Origin: a virus
Lineage: Duplodnaviria > Heunggongvirae > Uroviricota > Caudoviricetes
IMG/VR virus record: IMGVR_UViG_3300045988_155182
Strand: one strand, 5' to 3'
Length of the DNA: 64,000 bases
This document shows positions 48,605 to 59,286 of the stretch, in pieces. The notes under the pieces were generated by a model, which saw nothing but the letters and a program-made list of their open reading frames with translations, was not told where the DNA came from and did not search any database. The position numbers and the translations under genes are program-made. The stretch's first letter is position 1; every line of letters starts with the position of its first letter.

Positions 48605-50521
48605 ATGAAGTTTTTAAAGCTCCAGGTTGAGAATTTTATGGCTATCGCCAGCGCGGAGGTCGAGTTAGATCAGCGTGGTTTAGTGCTTATTCAGGGTGTT
48701 AATAGTGATGATAGTTCCGCATCAAGTAATGGCTCTGGAAAGTCAACTCTAATGAATAGCCTGATGTGGTGTCTTTATGGCGAAACAGCTCATGGTGTGA
48801 AGGGTGACGATGTGTTGTCTACCGACCATGAAAAGAACTGTCGTGTTGCAGTAACCATCGAGGATGAAGGCAAGAGATACGCAATCATTCGTCACCGTAA
48901 ACACAAAGAGTTCAAAAATCGTCTTATCGTTCGTGGTGAAGATGGCGATATGACGAAAGGCAAAGATGCGCTGACGCAGGAGTTCGTCGAGCGTCTGATC
49001 GGTGCATCTAAAGAGGTTTTCATGGCTTCCATCTATGCGAGCCAAGAAGCTATGCCAGATTTACCTGGAATGTCCGACAAAAACCTCAAAACCATCGTAG
49101 AAGAAGCCGCTGGCGTTGACAGACTGACACGCGCCTACGCTATTGCTCGTGAGCGAGCTAATGCAGCTGCCGCACGTATGGATGTGGTTAAAACCAAATT
49201 GGAGTCGACAATCTCGACCATTGAGGCAACACAGTCAGAAATTGAGTCAGCGAAAGCCTCCTCTGAATCATGGGAGCAAGAGCGTTCTAAACGTTATGAC
49301 GATGCCCTGGCTGGGCTGGCCAGTGCCGAAGTTGAGTTAACGGAAGTTGAACTTGAGATCCGCACTCTTCCCGAACAGATACGTGATACCGAGAAGGCAA
49401 TCGAAAGTGAGCGCAAAAAGTTAGCCTCAAAAGAAGAACATGACGCCAAGTTGCTCAAAGTTCGTGGTGCGATAACTGATATTCGGGCAAGCATCAAAGC
49501 TACAGAAAATAGTCAGGCTGATGCAATGAACCGCGCGCGTAATTTTAAGACCAAAGCAGAAGAGGTTGGTACTAAAGTGGGATCACCATGCCCTACTTGT
49601 GGCAAAGCCTACTGCGAAGAAGATCTATCAACGGTGAAGGAGAGTTTCATTGAACAAGCACGTCAGGAAATTGGTCAGGCGAAGACACTTGCAGAGGCAA
49701 TGGCTAAACACAAAACGAATCTTGAGAAAGCGTTAAGCATTGAGTCTGCCCTTGTTAAAACGACACCTGATGTAACGGCTATCATTGCCCGGATTGAAGA
49801 GCTTACGAAACAACTCTCATCTTTGCGTCATCGTGAGAAGGAGGTTGTTGCTATTGAGTCTCTTGTGACTCGTGCTCGTACTGAGGTCGATCGTATATCA
49901 AAAGAGATTAATCCGTTTATTGCTCTTATCGCCAGACACGAAGATAACTTGGTATCCAGTAAGTCTACCTTCAAGTCCTTAAAAGATGAGTTGAAGGCTA
50001 TTCAGGAACAAACGTTGCTATTGGAAAAAGCTCGTCAGGTCTACTCTCCTGCCGGGGTGCGTTCTCATATTTTGACGTCTGTTACGCCTTTCCTGAATAC
50101 ACGCACTGCCGAGTATCTCAATACGTTGTCTGACGGGAATATTACTGCTGAGTGGTCGACGATGGATGTCACTAAAAAAGGTGAGTATCGCGACAAATTC
50201 AACATTAGTGTGCAGAAGAAAGGTTCAAGTAAGTCGTTCCAGACCCTCTCTGGTGGTGAGAAGCGGAAGGTTCGCATTGCGTGTTCTTTGGCATTGCAGG
50301 ATCTGGTTAGTAACCGGGCTAGTAAAAACATCGATTTGTTTATCGGCGACGAAATTGACGATGCACTCGATACAGCCGGTCTTGAACGCCTCATGGGTAT
50401 TCTGGAGTCCAAAGCTCGCGAGCGAGGTACTGTGCTGATTATCTCCCATAAAGAGATGAAGTCATGGTTCAGGGAAACTATTACGCTGGAAGTTAAAGAG
50501 GGGCGCAGCTATGTCGTTTAA
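48605..50521 (+). CDS. sbcC: SbcC/Rad50-family ATPase
   Basis: Walker A GSGKST, coiled-coil middle with CPTCGKAYC zinc hook, ABC signature LSGGEKRKV, Walker B LFIGDEIDD. Confidence 0.8.
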   Translation: MKFLKLQVENFMAIASAEVELDQRGLVLIQGVNSDDSSASSNGSGKSTLMNSLMWCLYGETAHGVKGDDVLSTDHEKNCRVAVTIEDEGKRYAIIRHRKHKEFKNRLIVRGEDGDMTKGKDALTQEFVERLIGASKEVFMASIYASQEAMPDLPGMSDKNLKTIVEEAAGVDRLTRAYAIARERANAAAARMDVVKTKLESTISTIEATQSEIESAKASSESWEQERSKRYDDALAGLASAEVELTEVELEIRTLPEQIRDTEKAIESERKKLASKEEHDAKLLKVRGAITDIRASIKATENSQADAMNRARNFKTKAEEVGTKVGSPCPTCGKAYCEEDLSTVKESFIEQARQEIGQAKTLAEAMAKHKTNLEKALSIESALVKTTPDVTAIIARIEELTKQLSSLRHREKEVVAIESLVTRARTEVDRISKEINPFIALIARHEDNLVSSKSTFKSLKDELKAIQEQTLLLEKARQVYSPAGVRSHILTSVTPFLNTRTAEYLNTLSDGNITAEWSTMDVTKKGEYRDKFNISVQKKGSSKSFQTLSGGEKRKVRIACSLALQDLVSNRASKNIDLFIGDEIDDALDTAGLERLMGILESKARERGTVLIISHKEMKSWFRETITLEVKEGRSYVV

Positions 50522-51254
50522 ATTAAGCCGCTCGCAGTTTTTGCAGGTATTTGCAGTGATGCAGTCGATAAAACTGATCAATGGGCATACTTCCAATGGT
50601 GCGGCTCCACGTATTCTGTGGGGCAGCAACAATATTGACGGAGTACAATTCGCCGCGTTGCTTGGTCTAATATCCGAGACGCCATTGATGCAAAGTTTGA
50701 AATCACTACCACCTGGATGTATTGCGCCGATCCTGATTAATCCTTTTGTTGAGGGGGGATATCTTCCCAACGTCGGGCCTGGGTTTATTGCATCCCATGA
50801 AACTGAAGATCTTAACATTAATAGCGAAGGGTTCTTTGGGGGAATGGGTGCGCATCACTGTATGGCTTTCACGAACCTTATTCGACTTGCCAATAAGCGG
50901 GTGGATAGTTTGGCATCGCCAGGTGATGCTTTTACTGGTTTCCTTATCCAAAGGAGGGATAAAAAGTACAGTGCGGACAAACTACAGTTTGTTGGTAAGT
51001 ATGGAGAAATGGTAGAAATCGAACTTCAGCTCCCTCATGTTTTAGCAAACGATAGTGCAGACAGTCGGAGGCTATTGGGCATCATGCGTCATTTCATAGC
51101 AAGTGGTGTTAAACATGCCGCAGATAAACGTGTCACGCAGGAAAATGAGTATTCAGACTTTGCAAACTATCCCCAACCAACGTTGCAAACGGCAATAGTA
51201 GCCAATTCGTTGGAGGCGAGATTATTGGAAAACCCTATATGGGGAACATGGTAA
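50511..51254 (+). CDS. Hypothetical protein
   Basis: 247-aa ORF; start overlaps the sbcC stop. Confidence 0.45.
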   Translation: MSFKLSRSQFLQVFAVMQSIKLINGHTSNGAAPRILWGSNNIDGVQFAALLGLISETPLMQSLKSLPPGCIAPILINPFVEGGYLPNVGPGFIASHETEDLNINSEGFFGGMGAHHCMAFTNLIRLANKRVDSLASPGDAFTGFLIQRRDKKYSADKLQFVGKYGEMVEIELQLPHVLANDSADSRRLLGIMRHFIASGVKHAADKRVTQENEYSDFANYPQPTLQTAIVANSLEARLLENPIWGTW

Positions 51255-51263
51255 GGAGACTAT

Positions 51264-51833
51264 ATGAGTAAAAAAATCAGCGTAGTTGGTGTTGATCCCT
51301 CAATGAGCAACTTTGGGCTTGCTGTGGGCACTTTAGACCTTGAGACGGACGAACTTGAGATTCACGGCCTTACTCTTGTTGAGACTAAAGCGGGGAGTAA
51401 CAAAAAGACCGTTCGTGTGAACAGTGACGATCTGCGCCGCGCCAGTGAAATATGGCGTGTTGCGAAGCCAATCATTGATAAGGCAAATATGGTTTTTTGT
51501 GAGCTACCGGTTGGGAGCCAAAACTCTCGTTCGCAGACGTCTTACGGTATTTGTATAGGTGTACTTGCGTGTGTGGATAAGCCATTGATCCAGGTTACTC
51601 CAAACGAAATCAAGCATTTTGTCGGCAATAAACTTACTACATCGAAAGAAGAGATTATCCAGTGGGCTACGAAAAAACACCCTAAAGCACCGTGGCTGCG
51701 TCGTAAGCAATCTGGACAGGATGTTCTCGTGAACAAAAACGAACATTTGGCTGATGCGGTGGCTGCCATCCATACCGGTATGCAAACAGATCAGTTCCGC
51801 CAGGTGCGCGATGTTCTTAAGTCTCTCATTTGA
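51264..51833 (+). CDS. RuvC-like Holliday junction resolvase (RNase H-fold)
   Basis: N-terminal VVGVDPSMSNFGLAV and C-terminal HLADAVAAIHTG resemble RuvC catalytic blocks; AAGGAG RBS. Confidence 0.55.
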   Translation: MSKKISVVGVDPSMSNFGLAVGTLDLETDELEIHGLTLVETKAGSNKKTVRVNSDDLRRASEIWRVAKPIIDKANMVFCELPVGSQNSRSQTSYGICIGVLACVDKPLIQVTPNEIKHFVGNKLTTSKEEIIQWATKKHPKAPWLRRKQSGQDVLVNKNEHLADAVAAIHTGMQTDQFRQVRDVLKSLI

Positions 51834-51906
51834 TTTCATTGATAGGTAAGTGCTTATCTATTAACATGGGCCACTATATTTAGTGGCCCTCTTTATTTGG
51901 TGATAC

Positions 51907-54222
51907 ATGATAAGCATCGTAAAACGTAACGGCCAAACAGAGCCGTTATCCGAAGAAAAATACAACCGCGTCGTAATGTATGGCGTAGAAGGCATTCGTG
52001 GTGTAAGCGCATCCGCTGTAGCAATGGGAGCTGCGGCCAGCATTTTTGATGGGATTACCACCAGCCAGTTGCATGAGGCTTTGGTTAAATCTGCCGCTGA
52101 TTTGATCTCACCAGAAGCACCAAATTACTCACAGGTGGCTGCCCGCCTGAACATTTTTAAAATCCGCAAAGATGCCTTCGGTCGTTACGACTATCCGAAC
52201 TTCTACCAACACATTGTCAAGAACGTTAACAAGGGCGTTTATGACAAGGATTTGCTGACACATTATTCGTTTGAAGAGATCGAAGAACTCGGCAATTACA
52301 TTAAGCCGAAACGTGACGATCTTTTTGGCTATGCAGCTACGGTGCAGTTGCAAAGCAAATACCTCGTTCAAAACCGTGTTACTGGTGAGATTCATGAGGG
52401 GCCGCAACATATCTATATGCTGGTAGGCATGTGTCTGTTCCAGAATTGGGAAGACGACTGCGCTGGCAAAACACGTATGGAGATGGTCAAAGGTTTCTAT
52501 GACGTTACAAGTACGTTCAAACTGTCTCTGCCCACACCAATCATGGCCGGCGTCCGTACTCCAACCCGTCAGTTCTCCAGTTGTGTGCTGATTGAGTCTG
52601 GCGATAGTCTGAAAGGGATTAGTGCAGCTTCAGCCGCAATTATCGACTACGTTTCACGTCGTGCTGGAATTGGTATTGGTTTTGGCCGTATCCGTGCGCT
52701 GGGCAGCGAGATCCGCAATGGTGAAGCCACCCATACCGGAGTTATTCCATTCCTGAAGCATTTCCAGACGGCTGTTAAATCTTGTTCGCAAGGTGGTGTT
52801 CGTGGTGGCGCAGCAACAGCGTTTTACCCGATCTGGCATCTTGAAGTTGAAAGTCTGCTGGTGGTGAAAAATAACCGTGGTATTGATGAAAACCGCGTTC
52901 GCCATCTTGATTACGGCGTCATGAGTAACCGTCTAATGTACCGTCGACTCGTCAGAAGCGAGAACATCACTCTGTTCAGCCCGCATGATGTGCCTGATAT
53001 GTACGAAGCCTTCTTCACAGACCAGGAGCTGTTTGAAAAGCTGTACCATAAATACGAAGCCGATGATTCAATTCGCAAGAAGTCAGTACCTGCCATTGAG
53101 CTGTTCTCATCTCTGATGCAGGAACGAGCGTCCACGGGCCGAATTTATATTGCGAACGTCGATCATATTAACGAGCATGGCGCTTTCATTCCTGCTCTTG
53201 CACCTGTTCGCCAGTCAAACCTGTGCATGGAGATCACTCTACCCACTCGTCCACTGGCATTTACCGACGACCCGAACGGTGAGATCGCGCTATGCACTTT
53301 ATCCGCTTTTAACCTCGGAGCCATCCGTTCACTGGAGTCTCTTAAAGAGGTGGCGTTCTATGCCGTTGCTGCACTGGATTCGTTACTGGATTATCAAGAC
53401 TATCCGATGGAGGCAGCCGAAGTGCCTGCCAAAGCTCGTCGTAGCTTGGGAATTGGTGTAACCAACTTTGCTTATTACCTGGCAAAGAATGGCGTTCGTT
53501 ATTCTGATACCGCTGGCAATAAACTGGTGCATGAAACGTTCGAAGCTATCCAGTATTACCTTCTTGATGCCAGCTGCCGACTTGCTGAAGCAAAAGGTGA
53601 GTGTGACTGGTTTGAGCAGACCAAGTACGCAATTGGTCAGTTGCCGATCGACCATTACCGTTCTTCATTAGACGAAAGTGGCGAAACCAACTTTGAGTTA
53701 AAGATGCCGTGGGAAGAACTGCGTGAACGTATTGCAAAATACGGCCTTCGCAACTCCACACTGACGGCACAAATGCCATGCGAGACTTCCAGCCAGATCA
53801 CTAATTCCACCAACGGCATCGAACCGCCTCGTGGCCCGGTGTCGGTGAAATCTTCTAAGGACGGCATCGTTAAGATGGTCGTGCCTGAGTTTGAAAAACT
53901 GAAGGAACAGTATGAATACCTGTGGGATATGCCGGACAACCGCGGCTATCTGACAAAGGTGGCGATCATCCAGAAGTTCTTTGACCAGGCTATTTCAGCC
54001 AATACCAACTATGACCCTTCTCGCTTTGAAGGCGATAAAGTCCCAATGATGACGCTACTGTCAGATTTGCTTCTCGCCTACAAGATGGGAGTTAAAACGC
54101 TTTACTACCACAACACCAGAGATGGGGCAGGAAAGCGTGATGACGACGAACCGCAGAATCCACTGACGCAAGCTGTAGCCGTCGAGCCAGAAGATGAGTG
54201 CGACGGAGCCTGCAAAATCTGA
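51907..54222 (+). CDS. nrdA: Ribonucleotide reductase class Ia large subunit
   Basis: 771 aa; ATP-cone-like N-terminus; C-terminal ...CDGACKI redox tail as in E. coli NrdA. Confidence 0.9.
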   Translation: MISIVKRNGQTEPLSEEKYNRVVMYGVEGIRGVSASAVAMGAAASIFDGITTSQLHEALVKSAADLISPEAPNYSQVAARLNIFKIRKDAFGRYDYPNFYQHIVKNVNKGVYDKDLLTHYSFEEIEELGNYIKPKRDDLFGYAATVQLQSKYLVQNRVTGEIHEGPQHIYMLVGMCLFQNWEDDCAGKTRMEMVKGFYDVTSTFKLSLPTPIMAGVRTPTRQFSSCVLIESGDSLKGISAASAAIIDYVSRRAGIGIGFGRIRALGSEIRNGEATHTGVIPFLKHFQTAVKSCSQGGVRGGAATAFYPIWHLEVESLLVVKNNRGIDENRVRHLDYGVMSNRLMYRRLVRSENITLFSPHDVPDMYEAFFTDQELFEKLYHKYEADDSIRKKSVPAIELFSSLMQERASTGRIYIANVDHINEHGAFIPALAPVRQSNLCMEITLPTRPLAFTDDPNGEIALCTLSAFNLGAIRSLESLKEVAFYAVAALDSLLDYQDYPMEAAEVPAKARRSLGIGVTNFAYYLAKNGVRYSDTAGNKLVHETFEAIQYYLLDASCRLAEAKGECDWFEQTKYAIGQLPIDHYRSSLDESGETNFELKMPWEELRERIAKYGLRNSTLTAQMPCETSSQITNSTNGIEPPRGPVSVKSSKDGIVKMVVPEFEKLKEQYEYLWDMPDNRGYLTKVAIIQKFFDQAISANTNYDPSRFEGDKVPMMTLLSDLLLAYKMGVKTLYYHNTRDGAGKRDDDEPQNPLTQAVAVEPEDECDGACKI

Positions 54223-54328
54223 CATATGGTGGGGGATATCCCCACCTTCTCTTTGATTTGTAAGCCTTGTTTAAACACATAAGATAACAACTTGTTTAAA
54301 CGCACCAAAAAAGAAAAAGGAAAAACAC

Positions 54329-55471
54329 ATGTCATATTCAACGTTCCGTTTGGGTGCTAATGATGCAACCAAAGAGCCTATGTTCCTCGGACAATCTGTC
54401 AACGTGGCACGTTACGATCAGCAAAAATACCGTGATTTTGAAAAGTTGATTGAACGTCAATTGTCTTTCTTCTGGCGGCCGGAAGAAGTTGATATTTCGA
54501 GCGATCGTATCGACTTCAACACGAAGCTGCGGGACCACGAACGTCACATTTTTCTGAGCAATCTCCGTTATCAAACGTTACTCGATTCAGTTCAGGGACG
54601 TAGTCCAAATGCAACGCTGCTGCCGCTTATCTCTATTCCTGAACTGGAAACGTGGGTTGAAACGTGGTCTTTCTCTGAGACTATCCATAGCCGCAGCTAC
54701 ACCCACATTATTCGTGGCATGGTGGACGATCCGAGCATTGTTTTTGACGGTATTGTTACGGATGAAGAAATCATCAACCGAGCGATCAGTATCTCTGCTG
54801 AATATGACAGGCTTTATGGGATGACCTGCGAGCGCCAGTCGTTAGGTGAGAAGGAGTTTGAACGTCTGTACGTAAATGAATATGGCTGGGAGCCATACCC
54901 TTTGCACCGTCAGCTTTTCCGCACGTTGGTGTCCATTAATGCGCTTGAGGCGATCCGTTTCTATGTAAGTTTTGCATGTACGTTTGCCTTTGGCGAACGG
55001 AAGTTGCTTGAGGGTAACACCAAAATTATGCGCTTTATTGCCCGTGATGAAGCTCTGCATTGCGAAGGAACTGAACGCATGATCCGCTTCATGCGTACCG
55101 GTCGCGAAGGTTTATTGTGGAAAGAGATTGCTGCTGATGAAGAAAACGTCATTTACGACACCATGAAATCAGTCGCCGAACAAGAAATGAACTGGGCAGA
55201 CTATCTCTTCAAAGACGGTTCGATGATTGGTTTAAACGCGGATATTCTCAAAACCTATGTAAAATACCGCACCAATCTGGCTATGAATCGTCTTGGCCTG
55301 AAGGCTTTATTTCCAGAGGTTACCACCGATCCGCTGGTCTGGATGAACAAGTGGTTGTTAACCGACACACTGCAAATTGCACCACAAGAGGCAGAGCAAA
55401 GCACATATCTGGTAGGTCAGATCGATTCTACCGTGGATAAGGCTTCTCTAAGCCAGTTTGCTGACCTGTAA
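54329..55471 (+). CDS. nrdB: Ribonucleotide reductase class Ia small subunit
   Basis: Long blocks match E. coli NrdB from memory ([47 protein letters not shown]). Confidence 0.95.
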   Translation: MSYSTFRLGANDATKEPMFLGQSVNVARYDQQKYRDFEKLIERQLSFFWRPEEVDISSDRIDFNTKLRDHERHIFLSNLRYQTLLDSVQGRSPNATLLPLISIPELETWVETWSFSETIHSRSYTHIIRGMVDDPSIVFDGIVTDEEIINRAISISAEYDRLYGMTCERQSLGEKEFERLYVNEYGWEPYPLHRQLFRTLVSINALEAIRFYVSFACTFAFGERKLLEGNTKIMRFIARDEALHCEGTERMIRFMRTGREGLLWKEIAADEENVIYDTMKSVAEQEMNWADYLFKDGSMIGLNADILKTYVKYRTNLAMNRLGLKALFPEVTTDPLVWMNKWLLTDTLQIAPQEAEQSTYLVGQIDSTVDKASLSQFADL

Positions 55472-55548
55472 ACCGATACAAAGCATTATGTGGCCTGGCA
55501 ACGCTGGGCCACAATGGATCACAAGAATTAAGAAGGAACAAAACTAGC

Positions 55549-56418
55549 ATGAACTTTACCAAACTGACTGACCACCTGAAACTTGCCACCGATCGACTCA
55601 TTGGATTTAAGCCAGAACCATATGAGTTGCATGAAGGTCATGGTGTAGCTACTGAAAGTATTTACAAGATGGTCGATCAGTTTCATGAACTCTTCCAGCA
55701 TCCGAGACGCGTTATGCCGACACCAGAGCTGCTTCGTCTCCGTGCAAGCCTGATTCATGAAGAAGCTGTAGTGGAAGGTATTCCAGCCGCAATGAATGGG
55801 GATATTGAGCAACTGCTGGATGCAATGGCCGACTTTTTATACGTTGGTGTTGGTACGATGGTCGCCATCAAAGGTGGTATTTCTACCGGCATGACCTATT
55901 ACACGCAGGAACAGAGCATTGATCGCTTTATGCAGACAATTTTTGTGCCTGGTAACACTGTTTTCGATGATATGGCAATGCCATTTCAGGAAGCTCGTGA
56001 GGCGTCATGTATGCTCGAAGAGCTGGCAGATAAACTTGAGAACAAGACTGTTAAGGATTCTGAGCTGATTCAGGAACTGCGCCGTGTCATGAACAAAATC
56101 TATGTGGCGTGCATGATGACCTATCGACTGGCTGATTTCCTCGGTATCAATGTAGTCGAGCTGGTTGGCGAAATTCATCGGTCTAACATGACAAAATTAT
56201 GGCCTGCTGATGTTGAGGAACGTCGCCAGGCTGTGGCCAACTGCAAATACGACTCTTCAGATCTGGGATTCCGCCATGCTGATGGCACCGATAAGATGAT
56301 CGGTTTTCGAATTTCCGATGGAAAGATTCTGAAGTCTCCAACCTATAGTGATGTCGATTTATCCTCCTTTGTTGAGCAAGCTAAAGCCTCAGCAATGTAC
56401 GGAATGATCAAAAAATAA
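55549..56418 (+). CDS. Hypothetical protein (possibly an all-alpha nucleotide pyrophosphohydrolase; uncertain)
   Basis: 289-aa ORF with good RBS inside the nucleotide-metabolism block; acidic helix motifs (EEAVVEG, EQLLDAMADF) only weakly suggestive. Confidence 0.5.
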   Translation: MNFTKLTDHLKLATDRLIGFKPEPYELHEGHGVATESIYKMVDQFHELFQHPRRVMPTPELLRLRASLIHEEAVVEGIPAAMNGDIEQLLDAMADFLYVGVGTMVAIKGGISTGMTYYTQEQSIDRFMQTIFVPGNTVFDDMAMPFQEAREASCMLEELADKLENKTVKDSELIQELRRVMNKIYVACMMTYRLADFLGINVVELVGEIHRSNMTKLWPADVEERRQAVANCKYDSSDLGFRHADGTDKMIGFRISDGKILKSPTYSDVDLSSFVEQAKASAMYGMIKK

Positions 56419-56589
56419 TTGTAGGTAGTTATCTATCTGTGTATATTGCGTTGGCGCGTTAAATTTCTGAAACAACTATTCGTTTTTGGTGGCCTATGGC
56501 CACCATTTTTTTATCTGTCTGGTCTTGTTCTCTCAATAAATGTAAACTCACGCAATGAATAAGTGGTTACTTATCTTTGTGAGGTTTTT

Positions 56590-57693
56590 GTGTCACTCCT
56601 TTTGAATCGTGAGCATACGAACGGTCAGGTAACAAACGCATCGTATGCAAAAGTTATTGAGACGGTGCTTAAAAGCGGCGTGCAGGCTGATGATCGCACA
56701 GGCACTGGTACTTTAAGCACCTGCTACGTTCCCTCTTACTACATGCTTACTGGTGGGACTGTGCCGCTTATTTCTGGAAAGGCGGTAAATCTTAAGCCAC
56801 TGCTTGTCGAACTTGAGTGGTATCTGAAAGGCACGGGCAACATCCAATTTCTCAAGGATAACGGCGTTAAGATTTGGGATGCATGGGCCGATGAGAATGG
56901 CGATTTGGGGCCGGTTTACGGTAAGCAGTGGCGTCGATGGGAAGATACCCGCATCGTGAGCCATAGTGAATATCTGAGCAAGATCGCTACTTTCCGTGAA
57001 CGCGGGTACAAAGTCGAGGGATACCTGGGTATCAGTGAAGATCGCGTAGTGCTGTCCCGTGAAATCGATCAGCTACAGCGTATTGTCGATACACTGCGCA
57101 CGAACCCTACCGATCGTCGCATCATGCTTAACGCATGGAACGTAGGCGAGCTTGAGGATATGAAACTGCCACCTTGCCACTTTGTCTTCTCTTTGTGGAG
57201 TCGTGAGCTGGATTTTGAAACCCGTTTAACGATGGCAACTGACATTGGTCTTCAACACAGTCGCCTCGGTTACGAGTCTATCTACACCAAGATGCTATAC
57301 GATCTGGAGATGGACGGCAGTGTTACTGAAGCTGAACTGGATGAACTTGGAATCCCCAAACGCATCCTCAACTCCTGCCTCGTACAGCGTAGCGTAGACA
57401 CTTTTGTTGGTATGCCATTCAATATTGCTGGCTATGGCATTCTCACTCATTTTCTCGCGAAGATTACGGGTCACATGGCCGGTGCATTTGTGCATTTTGG
57501 CTTTGACGTGCATTTGTACAACAACCACATGGAAGGTGTGTGTGAGCTAATGAAACGACAGGCTCCAGAGCATTCAGATCCGGTCGTTATTTTCCCTCAT
57601 GAATGGTCAGAGTTGGATGATTTCAAATGGGACGAGGTTTTAATTCTTGGCTATGACCCTCTATCGTGGATCAAGGTTCCAGTGGCGGTGTGA
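56590..57693 (+). CDS. thyA: Thymidylate synthase (ThyA family) with an internal ~55-aa insertion
   Basis: DRTGTGT, WADENGDLGPVYGKQWR, DRRIMLNAWNVGEL, LPPCH, GMPFNIAGY blocks; start probably GTG 56590 after GAGG. Confidence 0.85.
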   Translation: MSLLLNREHTNGQVTNASYAKVIETVLKSGVQADDRTGTGTLSTCYVPSYYMLTGGTVPLISGKAVNLKPLLVELEWYLKGTGNIQFLKDNGVKIWDAWADENGDLGPVYGKQWRRWEDTRIVSHSEYLSKIATFRERGYKVEGYLGISEDRVVLSREIDQLQRIVDTLRTNPTDRRIMLNAWNVGELEDMKLPPCHFVFSLWSRELDFETRLTMATDIGLQHSRLGYESIYTKMLYDLEMDGSVTEAELDELGIPKRILNSCLVQRSVDTFVGMPFNIAGYGILTHFLAKITGHMAGAFVHFGFDVHLYNNHMEGVCELMKRQAPEHSDPVVIFPHEWSELDDFKWDEVLILGYDPLSWIKVPVAV

Positions 57694-57694
57694 T

Positions 57695-58108
57695 ATGGCA
57701 AGAGGTATGTATGTCTTATGCGAAATTGAAGGTGTGCTGGCAAATGCCAGCCATCGTAAATCAGTATCTGACGCGGATGCAGGCCAGCTCATTGCCGGTG
57801 ATGAACTCATTTTCCCCACCAGCCGTATGTTGCGTGGTTTTGCTCGCTCAGGGGCTGAAGTGGTGCTTATCAGTAGCCGCTCTGAAACTCTTGAAGCGCC
57901 AACTAAACGATGGCTGAAAGATTTTGGCGTTGATTATGACTGGCTTCATCTCGTACCGAATGGCACCAGTTATGAGAAGCATATTAAGCGCACATTAGCG
58001 GAGCATAAAGGCGATCTGCTTATCGCTGCGCTGGTGCACGATCCTCGACTCCGTGCCGCTTTAGCCGACTCTCACCATCGACCGGTCATCTATGAGGTGA
58101 GCAAATGA
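57695..58108 (+). CDS. Hypothetical protein
   Basis: ORF between thyA and the DHFR gene; start uncertain (57695 or 57707). Confidence 0.4.
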   Translation: MARGMYVLCEIEGVLANASHRKSVSDADAGQLIAGDELIFPTSRMLRGFARSGAEVVLISSRSETLEAPTKRWLKDFGVDYDWLHLVPNGTSYEKHIKRTLAEHKGDLLIAALVHDPRLRAALADSHHRPVIYEVSK

Positions 58109-58581
58109 AGATGATCGCTGCTGTTGGCCGTAACTATGAGATCGGCATAGCGAATGAACTCCCCTGGCGTTGTTCTACCGATCTGAAGCTATTTAAGAGA
58201 CTCACCAAAAACGCCACTGTCGTTATGGGGCGTAAAACGATGGAAAGTCTCAAACGCCCTCTTCCAGAGCGTCATAACCTCGTTTTGACGCGCTCTCATG
58301 GCTTTGTACCAAATGGATTCTACCCTGCTGGTGTGGATGATGTGTTGCGATTACCAGAGCCTGTGTGGGTGATTGGCGGGGAACAAATTTACTCGCTATT
58401 CATGCCGCATGTTGAAGAGATTTGGCTCTCCCACATCGGCGTTGATGTGCCAAACGCCGATGCATTCTTCCCGGCAAGCATGATGCGTAATTTAGGCTTT
58501 GTGCCTGTTGAAACAGCTTATACCCAACGAGCCAGCGAGGAAGAGCCTGGCTTTTCGCAGATCGTATACAGAAGGTCGTAA
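58105..58581 (+). CDS. folA: Dihydrofolate reductase
   Basis: MKMIAAVGRNYEIGIANELPW...VMGRKTMESL...VIGGEQIY pattern matches DHFR. Confidence 0.85.
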   Translation: MKMIAAVGRNYEIGIANELPWRCSTDLKLFKRLTKNATVVMGRKTMESLKRPLPERHNLVLTRSHGFVPNGFYPAGVDDVLRLPEPVWVIGGEQIYSLFMPHVEEIWLSHIGVDVPNADAFFPASMMRNLGFVPVETAYTQRASEEEPGFSQIVYRRS

Positions 58582-59225
58582 TGGATTACCGGATTGGGAT
58601 CACTGGTGCTCAGGGCAGTGGGAAAACAACCCTGGCTAAATATATCGACAAACATTACGGAATCCCTTACGTGGATGCTGGTGTCGGAAGTTTGATGAGC
58701 CGCCTCGGTGTTCGAGTAGGTGATTCTATGCCTCTATATGAGCGGCTTCAGATTCAAATGGAAATAGCAAAGCATATAGAGCTACTTACGCGTGGTGTTG
58801 AAGGCTTTGTTATCGATCGCACACCTGCTGATGTTATGGCCTACACGTTGGATTTGGTCGGCCATACAAATGAAGATCGGTGTATTGAGTTAGCCCTCGA
58901 TATCGAAAAGTTTTGCCACAAAACTGCTATTTCAAACTTTAACGCCATTGCTGGCTTACGCCCGGGAGTCGCTCTCTCAGAGCGAGATTACTTGCGATCA
59001 CAACGAGCATCATTAGACCGTCTGTATGTCGCTCGTATTGATGCGTTGATGTGCGGGGAACTGACAAAAATTCACCTGCATCCGCAAAGGGGAGATCTGC
59101 AAACCTTCGTCGTTTCCAACCGATATCGCACGGTTGAAGCAAGAGCCAGATCAGTAATGAGAATGCTAGATAACGCTGTAGAAAAGATAGAAAACCGGTT
59201 CTGTGGCCGAGTGACCGTTCATTAG
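58581..59225 (+). CDS. P-loop kinase (putative (d)NMP kinase)
   Basis: Walker A GITGAQGSGKTTLA at the N-terminus; within the nucleotide-metabolism operon. Confidence 0.5.
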   Translation: MDYRIGITGAQGSGKTTLAKYIDKHYGIPYVDAGVGSLMSRLGVRVGDSMPLYERLQIQMEIAKHIELLTRGVEGFVIDRTPADVMAYTLDLVGHTNEDRCIELALDIEKFCHKTAISNFNAIAGLRPGVALSERDYLRSQRASLDRLYVARIDALMCGELTKIHLHPQRGDLQTFVVSNRYRTVEARARSVMRMLDNAVEKIENRFCGRVTVH

Positions 59226-59286
59226 AAATTGTTCGCCTCTTCGACATTGCGACAATAAAACTCTCAAAATGGGTTAAGGATAAAAA

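Noticed and set aside
48330-48608. 92-aa ORF overlapping the 3' end of sbcD
   Set aside because: Alternative frame over the sbcD stop and the sbcC RBS region; no independent support.
55549-56418. Assigning the 289-aa ORF as a MazG/dUTPase-like pyrophosphohydrolase
   Set aside because: Only weak acidic-helix motifs support it; kept as hypothetical.
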